64,000 bases of DNA from the NCBI GenBank assembly GCA_051874735.1, contig JBJEGD010000001.1, positions 20,893-84,892 of the forward strand, given 5' to 3'. Shown here piece by piece: positions 38,332 to 48,395 of this stretch; the stretch's first letter is position 1; every line of letters starts with the position of its first letter. This stretch comes from Candidatus Bruticola sp. GTDB lineage: Bacteria > Vulcanimicrobiota > Xenobia > Xenobiales > Xenobiaceae. The position numbers were made by a program, and so were the translations under genes. The notes beneath the pieces are model-generated. The model saw only the letters and a list, made by a program, of their open reading frames with translations, made no database searches and was not told where the DNA came from.

Positions 38332-38374
38332 AAAAAAATTAGGCGGTAAAGTGATTCTCTCCTTTTACCGCCTA
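38332..38374 (-). terminator. Terminator downstream of glnA
   Basis: TAGGCGGTAAA / TTTACCGCCTA with a T-run on the minus strand. Confidence 0.65.
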
Positions 38375-38471
38375 TAATTTACCATATTCCAGAAAAGATC
38401 GGGGATCAATTTTTTCCTATGAAGCAAAAAATCGAACTTACCTAGTTTATCCGGCTATATTATATAATCGC

Positions 38472-39812
38472 TTAGTAAACTCCCAAGTATTTATCGAGCT
38501 CCCAAGGATGAACTTGAGTGCGATAAGCATCCCACTCCTGATATTTTGCAGATTTAAACTGCGACCAGATATGAGGGCCTACAGCTTCAACCATGAGAGA
38601 ATCTTCTTGGAAGGCGGCTAAAGCTTCTTCTAAAGAAGTAGGCAAAGTTTCAATATTGAGCTTCTTTAATTCGTCGGCATTTAAATCGTAAAGATTGCAG
38701 TTCATGGCTGGGCCAGGATTAATCTTGTTTTCAATGCCGTCCAAACCGGCACAGAGCATTAAACCTATAGCCAAATAAGGGTTGCAGGAAGGATCTGGAG
38801 AACGCACTTCTACGCGCGTACTCTTACCCCGCGGAGCAGGAATGCGAATCATAGGACTGCGGTTTTTTTCTGCCCAAGTAACGTAAAGAGGAGCTTCGTG
38901 ACCGGGCACGAGTCTTTTATAAGAATTGACAATGGGGTTAGTAAAAGCGGTAAAAGCTCGGGCGTGCTTCATTAATCCGCCTATGTAATGCAGGCAAGTT
39001 TGGGAGAGTTGGTGAGGAGTTGAGGCGTCAAAGAAAATGTTTTCGCCGTTTTTGAAGAGCGACTGATTGACGTGCATACCTGAGCCGGCAATACCGTAGA
39101 CTGGTTTAGGCATAAAAGTAGCATGCAAGCCGCAGTTCATAGCGACAGTCTTTACGGCCATGCGGAAGGTCACTACCTGATCGGCCGTTTTGAGAGCATC
39201 AGCATATTTAAAATCGATCTCATGCTGACCGAAGCCGCATTCATGGTGAGAAGCTTCAATTAAAAAACCCATAGCCTCGAGAGCGGTTACAATTTGCTGA
39301 CGAGCAAATTCCCCTTTATCTACAGGAGCTAAATCGAAGTAACCTGCTTGATCGTGAGTTTTGGTGGTAGGACGTCCCTGTTCATCTTTCTCAAAAAGGA
39401 AAAACTCGGCTTCAGGGCCAGCCATCATTTCTAAGCCCAAACTGTCGGCTTTGGCAATCATTTTTTTTAGAAAACCGCGGGGATCTCCGGCAAATGGTTC
39501 TCCGTCTGGAGTAGTGACATCGCAGATCATGCGGGCTTCTTTGTTGCAACCGTTATCTTTCCATGGAAGCAGAGAAAAGGTTGCAGGATCAGCCTTCAAA
39601 CGCATATCAGATTCTTCTATGCGCACGAATCCTTCAATGGAAGAGCCATCGAAGAGTACTCCATCATCTAAAACACTCTCAATATGTCTTCCTGGAATAC
39701 CGACATTTTTCATTCCGCCAAGAATATCTGTGAATTGTAAGTGCAACAGCTTAACGTCGAGATCACGAACCAACTTTACTACGTCGTCGCGAGTTAATTG
39801 TTTCTCTGACAT
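38472..39812 (-). CDS. glnA: Type I glutamine synthetase
   Basis: FDGSSIEG, EAEFFL, HHE, ATFMPKP, GSGMH, NSYKRLVPG, NRS, EVRSPD. Confidence 0.97.
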   Translation of the reverse strand: MSEKQLTRDDVVKLVRDLDVKLLHLQFTDILGGMKNVGIPGRHIESVLDDGVLFDGSSIEGFVRIEESDMRLKADPATFSLLPWKDNGCNKEARMICDVTTPDGEPFAGDPRGFLKKMIAKADSLGLEMMAGPEAEFFLFEKDEQGRPTTKTHDQAGYFDLAPVDKGEFARQQIVTALEAMGFLIEASHHECGFGQHEIDFKYADALKTADQVVTFRMAVKTVAMNCGLHATFMPKPVYGIAGSGMHVNQSLFKNGENIFFDASTPHQLSQTCLHYIGGLMKHARAFTAFTNPIVNSYKRLVPGHEAPLYVTWAEKNRSPMIRIPAPRGKSTRVEVRSPDPSCNPYLAIGLMLCAGLDGIENKINPGPAMNCNLYDLNADELKKLNIETLPTSLEEALAAFQEDSLMVEAVGPHIWSQFKSAKYQEWDAYRTQVHPWELDKYLGVY

Positions 39813-40140
39813 AGTGTTTTAGTCTCTTTCTAGTACATTTAATACGAAATTGAGCGGCCTTGAGCTTTTCAGTGTACGCATCTCTATGGCCGCAGTTAAG
39901 TTCTATCTGCCTACAGTTTTTTTTTGGGTGAATCTATTGTAAATTCCTGGCAGGTCCAGTTCATTTTTTCGATTGTCTCAGGCTCTTTTTTTAGTAAAAC
40001 TGCTGCTGATGCAGAATAATAGGGACTCCATGTGCATTATTTATTTTAGGCACAACAATAGTAGTATCTAAGTGTATTTAAGGAAAGATACATTAAAATA
40101 TAGGAAAAGAAGATGTATTAGGCGAAGGCGTCACCTAGGT

Positions 40141-40614
40141 ATGATAGCGGTTCATTTGCTATGTTCGGTTATAATTGGATTCTTGTGGTTTTGGTCGGGC
40201 GTTTTTCTGGACAAAATCAAGTCTGAGTTTTTTCTTTTGCTCTTTCGGGGGTGCCGAGGAGCCCTTTTAGCTGTGGCCTGCTGTACTTTTGTGGCAGCTT
40301 GTGTCAGTCATAGCGGATTAGTTTTAACTCCTGACGACTCTAGAACGGTTATGTTCATATTTTTCTCCATGGGACTGAGTTTAGTTTTCATTCCTGTCGG
40401 CTTCCTTATAGGAGTTGCTAAAGGCAGAAGCAAAGAGTTAGCTGATGAATTTAAAGATAATCTTGCTTCTTTCAAAGAACCGGACAACTCTCCTAAGCCT
40501 AACGGAGACAACTTCCAAAATTATCAATACGGCAGCTTAGGCAGCGCTGCCGGCTATGAAGATCCTGCCGCAGCCAGAGCTAGTGAAGCTTATCGCTCAG
40601 CTAGCCGTAAATAG
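40141..40614 (+). CDS. Hypothetical membrane protein (about 3 TM)
   Basis: Three hydrophobic segments and a polar tail; start uncertain (ATG 40141 or GTG 40072). Confidence 0.55.
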   Translation: MIAVHLLCSVIIGFLWFWSGVFLDKIKSEFFLLLFRGCRGALLAVACCTFVAACVSHSGLVLTPDDSRTVMFIFFSMGLSLVFIPVGFLIGVAKGRSKELADEFKDNLASFKEPDNSPKPNGDNFQNYQYGSLGSAAGYEDPAAARASEAYRSASRK

Positions 40615-40660
40615 CAAACAAGATAAATGCTGAAAAATATTTTCAAGACCGAGGTTTATT

Positions 40661-41599
40661 ATGAGTCAAAATAGTTTAGTTTTGGGACGAGTTCTGACTG
40701 CTATGGTTACTCCTTTCAACTCTGCTCTGGAAGTAGATTACAGCAAGGCCGCTCAGTTAGCTCGTCATCTTTTAAATTCAGGCACTGATACTATTGTCGC
40801 TGCAGCTACAACCGGGGAAGCCCCTACTTTAACATCTGAAGAAAAGTTGCGCCTTTTTGAAACTCTTAAAAATGAAATAGGCGATCGCCCTTTGGTTTGC
40901 GGCACTGGCACCAACAATACCCAGGCTACCATAGATTTCTCGTTAAAAGCTAAAGAGCGTGGAGCTGATGCTATTTTAGTGGTTGCTCCCTACTACAATA
41001 AGCCTCCTCAAGATGCGCTTTATGAACACTTTAGGGCTGTAGCTGAAGCTGTCGATTTGCCTATTATCGCTTATAATATTCCTGGTCGCACAGGTATAGA
41101 AATTAAGGCCTCAACTTTGGCAAAAATAGCATCTATTCCTAATATCATCGCTGTAAAAGAATCTTTGCCTTCTTTAGAACCCATCAGTGAGTTGAGTGTA
41201 GCTTTGGAGAAAACGACCCCAGAACAGGTCGGCAAATACGCCAATTTTGTGGATAGTCGGGCTATGGAAATTTACAGTGGTGATGATTCTGCTATACTTC
41301 CCACTTTGTCTGTAGGCGGTGTAGGTGTAATAAGCGTTACTTCGCATATTGCTGGGCCGTTAGTTAAAGAAATGATTGAAGCCTATTTTGCTGGTAATGT
41401 TGTAAAAGCCCAACGGCTTCATTTGCGTCTCTATCCACTCTTTACCGGTCTTTTTGCGGTAGCTAATCCTATTTTGGCTAAATCTGCCCTGCGTTTACAG
41501 GGCCTAGATGTCGGCGGATTGCGCATGCCTCTTCGTTCGGCTTCAGAAACTGAAATTGAGCGTTTGAGCTTAATAATGAAGGCTGTCGGAATTTTATAA
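40661..41599 (+). CDS. dapA: 4-hydroxy-tetrahydrodipicolinate synthase
   Basis: TAMVTPF, TTGE, PYYNKP, YNIPGRT, VKES, YSGDD. Confidence 0.95.
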   Translation: MSQNSLVLGRVLTAMVTPFNSALEVDYSKAAQLARHLLNSGTDTIVAAATTGEAPTLTSEEKLRLFETLKNEIGDRPLVCGTGTNNTQATIDFSLKAKERGADAILVVAPYYNKPPQDALYEHFRAVAEAVDLPIIAYNIPGRTGIEIKASTLAKIASIPNIIAVKESLPSLEPISELSVALEKTTPEQVGKYANFVDSRAMEIYSGDDSAILPTLSVGGVGVISVTSHIAGPLVKEMIEAYFAGNVVKAQRLHLRLYPLFTGLFAVANPILAKSALRLQGLDVGGLRMPLRSASETEIERLSLIMKAVGIL

Positions 41600-41785
41600 A
41601 TTTTAGGCTATGGCTACAGCTTGGGTCTTTTATTTAGGTAATATGGCTGCGGTAAGTTGTTCAGTTTTATTTCCTTAGGCGAGGTTGAGTTAGTTTGTCC
41701 GCTAGTCATGCTGTAGTTTTTTATAGGGGGATATGGGCGCATTTGAAGTTAGAAAAATTACATAGGAAAATAGAGGAAGAGTGGT

Positions 41786-43192
41786 ATGACTGATTTATTA
41801 TTGATTGACAACCAGTCAAAGAAACCATTTCGAGGGCGTTTCTTCGTTCCCGGTGATAAATCTATTGGACAGAGGGCGCTCATTCTAGCGGCTATGGCTG
41901 AGGGGGATTCAGTTATTAGCGGTATCTCTAATGCTGCTGACTGTCTTTCTGTAGTTAATGTTTTACGTCAGCTGGGAGCTGTTATTGAAATTAAAGGAAA
42001 AAATGCTTATGTAACCGGTTGGGGAGCAAAAGGTCCGGCTTTAATAGATGAGCCTTTAAATTGTGGCAATTCTGGGGCTTGCATGCGCTTCATATCTGGT
42101 ATATTGGCAGTGTCTTCTGGCATTTACACTTTGATAGGTGATGAGAGCTTAAGTCAGCGTCCTATGGATAAGCTGGCGGAAGTGCTAACCCAGTTCGGGG
42201 CCAAAGTTGAATGTTTGGGAGTCAAAAGTTGCGCTCCGCTTCGTATTACCGGCTGTTTTCACCCTGATAATAAAGAGTGGGCCGCACAGCACAGTGCTAT
42301 AAAAGGTGATTCACTGGAAATTGAAACTGACAAAGCTAGCGCTCAGTTAAAGACTGCAGCTATGCTAGCCGCTCTTTCTTTAGGGCGCAGTTTCAACTTG
42401 ACTTTAACTGAGCCTTTGAAGAGCCGTGACCATAGCGAAATTATGTTGCGCCAGCTCGGTTTTAAGGTTATTGAGGAAAATTTGCCAGGCAGTCGTCATC
42501 GGGTGATTTTTTATGTTTCCGGTAATAAAATCAAGCCGTTTCAGTATTGTGTATTTGGGGACCCTTCTTCTGCAGCTTTCTTAGTAGCTTTAGCTGTGAT
42601 GAAGCCGCATTCACATATTGTGATTGATAATCTGGTGATAAATCCTACCAGAGTGGGCTTTTTTAACATATTGAAACGCATGAATGCGAACATATGTGCC
42701 AGATTTTCCAACTACAGTTACGGAGAAATGATCGGAGGAATTACTGCTGATTATTCTCATCTCAAAGGTGTAGAAGTTAGGCCTAAAGATATACCTCTGT
42801 GCATCGATGAGATACCTCTTTTAGCTATTCTAGCTTCCCGAGCTCAAGGTATAACTAGAGTGCGTGGTGCTTATCAGCTGCGTCAAAAAGAGTCCGATCG
42901 CATAAGCATGACTTTGCGGGAGTTAAAAAAGCTGGGAGTAGAATCTCAAGAATACGATGACGGTTTTGACATTGTAGGGCGTCCTGAGTACAGATCAGAT
43001 CTTAAATTTAGGCAGTCTAAAACTAAGATGGAGCCTATTCGCCTAGATGCACACGGCGATCATCGTTTAGCTATGAGCTTAGGAGTTGAGGCTTGTATCT
43101 GCAAGCGTCCTATTGAAATAGCGGGCTCTGAACTTTGCAATGTTTCATTTCCCGATTTTTGGAATATTTTAAGAGTAGTTTTCTCTTTTTAG
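41786..43192 (+). CDS. aroA: EPSP synthase (class II-like)
   Basis: PGDKS, GNSG, SAQLK, RDHSE, DEIP, KESDR, DHRLAM, VSFPDF. Confidence 0.93.
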   Translation: MTDLLLIDNQSKKPFRGRFFVPGDKSIGQRALILAAMAEGDSVISGISNAADCLSVVNVLRQLGAVIEIKGKNAYVTGWGAKGPALIDEPLNCGNSGACMRFISGILAVSSGIYTLIGDESLSQRPMDKLAEVLTQFGAKVECLGVKSCAPLRITGCFHPDNKEWAAQHSAIKGDSLEIETDKASAQLKTAAMLAALSLGRSFNLTLTEPLKSRDHSEIMLRQLGFKVIEENLPGSRHRVIFYVSGNKIKPFQYCVFGDPSSAAFLVALAVMKPHSHIVIDNLVINPTRVGFFNILKRMNANICARFSNYSYGEMIGGITADYSHLKGVEVRPKDIPLCIDEIPLLAILASRAQGITRVRGAYQLRQKESDRISMTLRELKKLGVESQEYDDGFDIVGRPEYRSDLKFRQSKTKMEPIRLDAHGDHRLAMSLGVEACICKRPIEIAGSELCNVSFPDFWNILRVVFSF

Positions 43193-43197
43193 CCTAA

Positions 43198-44355
43198 ATG
43201 AGCTTAGCTAAAAGTATATTGCTTCGAGAAACCGGCTGTCTGGAGCAGCAATTCTCCGAGCAGCTGGCTTCTTGGGAAAAATATAGATCAGAGCGTCGTC
43301 TTTTAGGGCTGTCGTCAGCTTGGCGCACTGTTGTAACAGAAAGAAAATCACTTCTTTCTATATATTTTACTTTGCAGCGCTGGCAAGAAATATGCAGTTT
43401 AGGGGAAGAGCTTAGGCTGTCTGTCCTTGGCGGTCAGCCTATAGCTCACAGTCTTTCTCCTGCACTGCACAATTTTTTTAATTTAGGGACATCTGCCCAA
43501 ACAGGTCTATACTTGTGTGCCGGCTGTCAAAATGAAGACCAATTTTTAGAAGTTTTAAAAAATTGGTTTAGGCTGCCTCTAATAGGGGCAAATGTTACCA
43601 GTCCGTTTAAAGAGTGCGCTTTTAAATATTTAGAAAAATACGGAAAACTTACCCCAGAGGCCCGAGCTATAGGCGCTGTAAATACAATTTACAGCAGAGC
43701 CGGATTTCTTTACGGAGCCAACACTGATTGGTCAGGGTGGCTGTCGTCCTGGTGCTGCGATATCGGCCAGTCATTAGCTGGGCGTAAGGTAGTTTTGTTT
43801 GGAGCTGGAGGGGCTGCCCGGGCTGTAGTGTATGCTTTAATCAGGGCTGGAGTCGGCAGCATAATAATTGTCAATTCTCCGCTACGCGGTCGGAAGTTAG
43901 TCGATTACTTCTCCAAGTTGCAGTGTCAAGAAGGCAATAAAGAAAATTTAGTCGATTTGCGATACTGCTCTTCGTGGGAAGGATACAAAGTTGAATCAGG
44001 TGTTATTTATATACAGGCTACCGTTCTAGGGAGTGAGGCCTATCCTGAACTTTCTCCTTATAGCTGGTCTTCCCAAAGGCCCAAGGGTGAGTTGGCACCC
44101 TCTTTGGAGGCTCCTGATTTGCGAGAAAAGACGCACTTAAACAGCACAGTGGCTTGTGATTTAGTTTATGTTCCTGAGCGAACTAAATTTTTGCTGGGTG
44201 CTGAAGCGGCTGGAGCTGTTACCATGAACGGTTTGGGCATGCTCATCTGCCAAGCTTGCCAGGCTAGAGAGCATTTTTTGCATATAAAGCACTCCGACGC
44301 TTGGGAAGAGCAGATGCTCAGTAAATTTCGTCAATTGTGGTCCGCCGCTACTTAA
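43198..44355 (+). CDS. aroE: Shikimate dehydrogenase with an N-terminal extension
   Basis: HSLSP, NVTSPFK, GAVNT, NTD, GAGGAARA, DLVYVP, GLGMLICQA. Confidence 0.9.
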   Translation: MSLAKSILLRETGCLEQQFSEQLASWEKYRSERRLLGLSSAWRTVVTERKSLLSIYFTLQRWQEICSLGEELRLSVLGGQPIAHSLSPALHNFFNLGTSAQTGLYLCAGCQNEDQFLEVLKNWFRLPLIGANVTSPFKECAFKYLEKYGKLTPEARAIGAVNTIYSRAGFLYGANTDWSGWLSSWCCDIGQSLAGRKVVLFGAGGAARAVVYALIRAGVGSIIIVNSPLRGRKLVDYFSKLQCQEGNKENLVDLRYCSSWEGYKVESGVIYIQATVLGSEAYPELSPYSWSSQRPKGELAPSLEAPDLREKTHLNSTVACDLVYVPERTKFLLGAEAAGAVTMNGLGMLICQACQAREHFLHIKHSDAWEEQMLSKFRQLWSAAT

Positions 44356-44390
44356 TAAAGTTTTGATAGTACGCTAATAATATAAAATAA

Positions 44391-44951
44391 TCAGCTTAAA
44401 TCTATATATTGGTCACGCAGCCGATTCAGAATGCGCTGGCGAGTATTGAGAAGCTCCGCTATACGTTTGGCGGTCTCCAAGGGAGTATAATTGGTGGTAT
44501 CAATGCGGATTTTGATGCGTTCGTACAGATAACGACGCTCCTGCATCAGCTGATCTACTCGTTCGCCAAGATTATCTGTATTCTGCAGCAGAGGGCGTCT
44601 TTCGCTTCGTCCTAAACGTTCTATTAAACAATCGCGCTGAGTATATAAGCAAATTAGCAGCCCCGAATTTTGAAAAGCCGCAAAATTTACCGGATTGAGC
44701 AGCGAACCTCCTCCCGTTGCCACTACTCTATTAGTAGACTTAGCCAATTCTAAACACAGTTCTTCTTCCTTATCTCTGAACCACTTTTCGCCGTGTTCTT
44801 TAAAAAGACTAGGAATACTTCCGCCGTGGCGTTTTTCTAGCTCCTGATCTATATCTATAAATTTTCGGCCCATGACCCTGGCTAACTCGCGTCCGATTGT
44901 ACTTTTGCCAGTTCCCATAAAGCCTACAAGATAAATATTGTGCTTAGCCAT
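44391..44951 (-). CDS. aroK: Shikimate kinase
   Basis: GFMGTGKS, GEKWFRDKE, ATGGG, RPLL. Confidence 0.95.
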   Translation of the reverse strand: MAKHNIYLVGFMGTGKSTIGRELARVMGRKFIDIDQELEKRHGGSIPSLFKEHGEKWFRDKEEELCLELAKSTNRVVATGGGSLLNPVNFAAFQNSGLLICLYTQRDCLIERLGRSERRPLLQNTDNLGERVDQLMQERRYLYERIKIRIDTTNYTPLETAKRIAELLNTRQRILNRLRDQYIDLS

Positions 44952-45099
44952 ACTAGTCTTTTTTTTCTCCCTGTGCAGTCCTTTTGTCCTTCTTCAAAAT
45001 AATTCAAATAGACTGCTAGTTCAGAGTCGCTTACTAGGGCCTCTGCTGATTAAAGTTGAAGTAATTAAAAAATATGAGCTTAGCAAATTGAGGCTGTTC

Positions 45100-46233
45100 G
45101 TGTTCAGTATTACGGCGGAAGATAAAAAATTAAATTATCATTTGGGGGAGAATATTTTGGCTGATTTGCTGCAGCCTATCTTAGAGCGCAGCCAGGGAAG
45201 AGCTTTTGTTATTGTCGACAACAATGTAATGCAGCTTCAAAAAAGTTATATTTTGGAGCCTTTTAGGAATTCCCAAGCCGTATTTTACATAATTTCTGGT
45301 GGAGAAAAAGCCAAAAATTTGGGAGAAATTAGCAAAATTTATGATTCTATGTTAGAACATGGAATCGATCGCAGCGTCCCGGTCATAGCTATCGGCGGGG
45401 GAGTTGTCGGAGATATTAGCGGGTTGGCTGCGTCTACTTTTATGCGCGGTTTGCCATTTGTACAAGTGCCTTCCTCACTTTTGGCAATGGTTGATTCTTC
45501 GGTAGGAGGTAAAAACGGAGTTGATCTGCCCGAGGGAAAAAATTTAATAGGTTCATTTTATAACCCTGAGCTGATTGTAGCCGATTTAACGCTATTGCGC
45601 ACTCTGCCTGTACTTGAATGGTCTAACGGTTTAGCGGAATTAATAAAAACGTCTTTAATTAGTCGTAGTCCGTTTTTCAAAGATATAGAAAAGTTCTGTA
45701 TCAATGGGCGTTTGGCAAAAAAAGACTGTGAGGGCGTTCTCAGTTTAACTGATAAATTCCTAATGCTGAGTGGCAGTCAAGAGAGGCTTTGTCGATGGAT
45801 AATTTCAGCCGTTAATAGCAAAGCTGCCATAGTGGCGGCTGATCCTCTAGATCTTGGAGGAGAAAGGTACAAATTAAATTTAGGTCACACGTTTGCCCAC
45901 AGTTTGGAGGTCTGCTCAAACTACTCTATAGTCCACGGTCAGGCCGTTTCTATTGGTATAATTTGTGCTTTTCATTTAGCTGATAGTTTAGGCATCTTAG
46001 AAGAAGACTTAATCTTAAGAATAAAGAGAACACTGAGCTTTTGGGGATTGCCTGTAAAAATACCGAATGGAATTGTCTGGGAAAAGTTTGTGAGAAATCT
46101 GCGTCTAGATAAAAAAATAAAGAATGGATTCAATGTTTTCGTTGTGCCCGTATCTGAGGGAAAAACCGTCCTCTGCAGCGAAGTAGACTTGTCCAAAATA
46201 AAGGAAGTCTTTAACAGCTGTTCTGAACTTTGA
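45100..46233 (+). CDS. aroB: 3-dehydroquinate synthase
   Basis: GEKAK, GGGVVGD, DSSVGGKNG, KNLIG, LNLGHTFAH. GTG 45100 (GAGG upstream) is preferred to the ORF-track start, which overlaps aroK. Confidence 0.92.
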   Translation: MFSITAEDKKLNYHLGENILADLLQPILERSQGRAFVIVDNNVMQLQKSYILEPFRNSQAVFYIISGGEKAKNLGEISKIYDSMLEHGIDRSVPVIAIGGGVVGDISGLAASTFMRGLPFVQVPSSLLAMVDSSVGGKNGVDLPEGKNLIGSFYNPELIVADLTLLRTLPVLEWSNGLAELIKTSLISRSPFFKDIEKFCINGRLAKKDCEGVLSLTDKFLMLSGSQERLCRWIISAVNSKAAIVAADPLDLGGERYKLNLGHTFAHSLEVCSNYSIVHGQAVSIGIICAFHLADSLGILEEDLILRIKRTLSFWGLPVKIPNGIVWEKFVRNLRLDKKIKNGFNVFVVPVSEGKTVLCSEVDLSKIKEVFNSCSEL

Positions 46234-46259
46234 ACTGCAAATATGAGAGGAAGTTAACT

Positions 46260-47339
46260 GTGGCAAAGTTGTGTGTATTTGTATTAAACGGCCCCAATAT
46301 GAACCTACTCGGCACCAGAGAGCCTGGTGTATATGGCAATATGCCGTATGAACAGCTCGTAGAGCAGATTTCTTTTTGGGCTTCAGAACTAGATATTGAG
46401 CTTGGTTATGCCCAGACTAATTCTGAGGGCGGTATAATTGACTATGTTCACGCTTCCTATGGTCAATTTGATCTGATTGTACTTAATCCTGGGGCTTTTA
46501 CCCACACTTCATATGCCTTGCGCGATGCGATTGTAGGTATTGGATTGCCGGTTATTGAAGTTCATTTAAGTAATATATTCGCTCGTGAAGAGTGGCGGGC
46601 AAAATCAGTAATATCTTCAGTTTGTGTCGGTACCATATCCGGATTAGGAGTTTACGGTTACCGTTTGGCTCTAGAAGCCGGAAAGCATTTTCTCAGTTCT
46701 TCTTCCAATGAACAGGCAGATTCTGCTGCTGTTCCTCCTTCTATTAGTTTGCAGAGTGCTCCTAAGCTGAGTATTTCTGCTCCTACTCGTCAAACCGCTC
46801 AGCAGCCCCTGTCATTAGCTTCAGAACCGCCTCAGCCCGCCCAAAGTGCGGCTTCAGCCCCTACTATTGTGTCAGTTCCTATAGATAATGTTGATCAAAG
46901 TGATTTAGCTAATCTGTTTATGCCTACTCATAAGTTTGAAGTCGCCAATCAGGGAGGTAACTTAGGCGGTGAGGTAGGTATTAATGAAATTCAGGGATTC
47001 GCCAATGAAGGAGAGGTAAGCGTCTTTGTAGGCAATCCGAGTACCGATTCTGAAGACGATGAAGACCTTTCTCCTGAAGAGAGGGAAAAACTTAAGGCCT
47101 GGATAGGAGAAGATGCTTATGAAGAACCTTCTCCTGAAGATTATCGTTTGGGCGGAGGTATCTCTAGAGTAAGCGAGTCTATGCCTATGCCGCCTTCTCC
47201 TTCCTCAGGAGGTTATTCCGGATCCAATTTTGCCAATATGACTTCCAGTCATAGTACCGTAAAAAGTTCCGCTCCTTTAGCGCAGCCTGCCTCTGCTGCT
47301 ACAAAGCGTCTGAGCATTCCTATTAAAGTAAAAAAGTAA
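46260..47339 (+). CDS. aroQ: Type II 3-dehydroquinate dehydratase with a long disordered C-terminal tail
   Basis: LNGPNMNLLGTREPGVYG, NPGAFTHTS, EVHLSNIFARE, followed by about 210 aa of S/P/E-rich sequence. Confidence 0.9.
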   Translation: MAKLCVFVLNGPNMNLLGTREPGVYGNMPYEQLVEQISFWASELDIELGYAQTNSEGGIIDYVHASYGQFDLIVLNPGAFTHTSYALRDAIVGIGLPVIEVHLSNIFAREEWRAKSVISSVCVGTISGLGVYGYRLALEAGKHFLSSSSNEQADSAAVPPSISLQSAPKLSISAPTRQTAQQPLSLASEPPQPAQSAASAPTIVSVPIDNVDQSDLANLFMPTHKFEVANQGGNLGGEVGINEIQGFANEGEVSVFVGNPSTDSEDDEDLSPEEREKLKAWIGEDAYEEPSPEDYRLGGGISRVSESMPMPPSPSSGGYSGSNFANMTSSHSTVKSSAPLAQPASAATKRLSIPIKVKK

Positions 47340-47644
47340 ATGCGTAAATAAAAGATATATTTAGTCAGATATAACATTGAGGTTGGAAGGGGAACGAATT
47401 GCTTCCGCTGAATTGACGGGGGCTAACGGGTGCGGTGGCGGGCTTCGCTGATATCGTAGGAGCTGCAGTGCTTAGCTCTTTCTGGGGCGGTTGTCGCTGC
47501 TGTTGCCCAGAAATTTCAAGCCTTTAGCATATGTGGAATGTCGTTAGACAAGAACGGGCCTATGCTGTGCGTTCTATGTAAAAATATACACAAGCTGGTG
47601 TCTTTTCTTGGGGATAGGTTCTGTGCTGAAACTAGGAGGAAATT

Positions 47645-48265
47645 GTGAAGATAAGCTATCTGTCATTAACCTTAGCAGCCGCGTTATTGTTGGGAGATGC
47701 TCTCCCTAGTCTGGCGGAAAATAGTGCCGCTTCAGGCGGTGTAGGTAAAATATTGGCAGAGGCGGCTCCTAAAAAAAGCTCACCTTCTAGCACTAAAATC
47801 AACAATGTCAAACGTCCTTCTGCTCCCTATCCAGCTTCTGCTATAAAGATTGGTGGTAAAATTCAGCCTGGAGACGACTTGCAAATAGTTTTTAGTGTGG
47901 CTGGACCGCCAGATGAAATTCTGCCTATGCGTTCTAAGAGCAAAGCTCCAGAGGACGACTATATCCATTTTATTTATCGCAATCGTTTTACTATTAACAT
48001 AAATAAAGCCAATGCCGTGCAAAGTATTATGGTCTTTGGCAACAATGTGGAAATGGTCAATGTGCCGTTTAAAATAGGCCAAAAGACCTCCGATGTAATC
48101 GAAAAATGGAAACAGCCTGAGCGTGAAGTCAGTGACATGTACATCTACTATTACAGAGGAGTCTATGTTATCTGGGACAAGAACAATCCTGGCAAGATCG
48201 ATCGCATTTACCTTACTCTGCCTGGTAAAGTTGAAGATGACAACAAAAACAGCGCAGTCGGTTAG
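47645..48265 (+). CDS. Hypothetical secreted protein
   Basis: AGGAGG RBS; signal peptide ending SLA; two similar halves (GxxxxxV...GPP / GQKTSDVIEKWKQP), reminiscent of BLIP/SmpA-like modules. Confidence 0.65.
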   Translation: MKISYLSLTLAAALLLGDALPSLAENSAASGGVGKILAEAAPKKSSPSSTKINNVKRPSAPYPASAIKIGGKIQPGDDLQIVFSVAGPPDEILPMRSKSKAPEDDYIHFIYRNRFTININKANAVQSIMVFGNNVEMVNVPFKIGQKTSDVIEKWKQPEREVSDMYIYYYRGVYVIWDKNNPGKIDRIYLTLPGKVEDDNKNSAVG

Positions 48266-48310
48266 TTTTTGCGACAATTAATCATATATAAAACGCCTGT
48301 TGTGGTAAGT

Positions 48311-48349
48311 TGGCTGCAGTTTTTATTTCCTCAAGCTGCAGCCATTTTT
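48311..48349 (+). terminator. Probable terminator
   Basis: TGGCTGCAG...CTGCAGCCA followed by T5. Confidence 0.6.
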
Positions 48350-48395
48350 AGGTAAAAGTGTCCGATCAGGCAAGCTGCAGTTAGGATAATTTCTC

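Noticed and set aside
39853-39893. Hairpin upstream of glnA as a possible glutamine riboswitch
   Set aside because: A single GCGGCC/GGCCGC stem with no recognisable glnA-motif consensus.
44938-45099. ORF-track N-terminal extension of aroB overlapping aroK
   Set aside because: GTG 45100 has an RBS and matches the AroB domain start; the upstream part is probably the divergent promoter region.
47410-47438. GAATTGACGGGGGC-N8-GCGGTGG matches a conserved 16S rRNA segment
   Set aside because: The flanks do not align to 16S, and a match of about 21/29 is expected by chance when 64 kb (both strands) is compared with a 1.5-kb rRNA.
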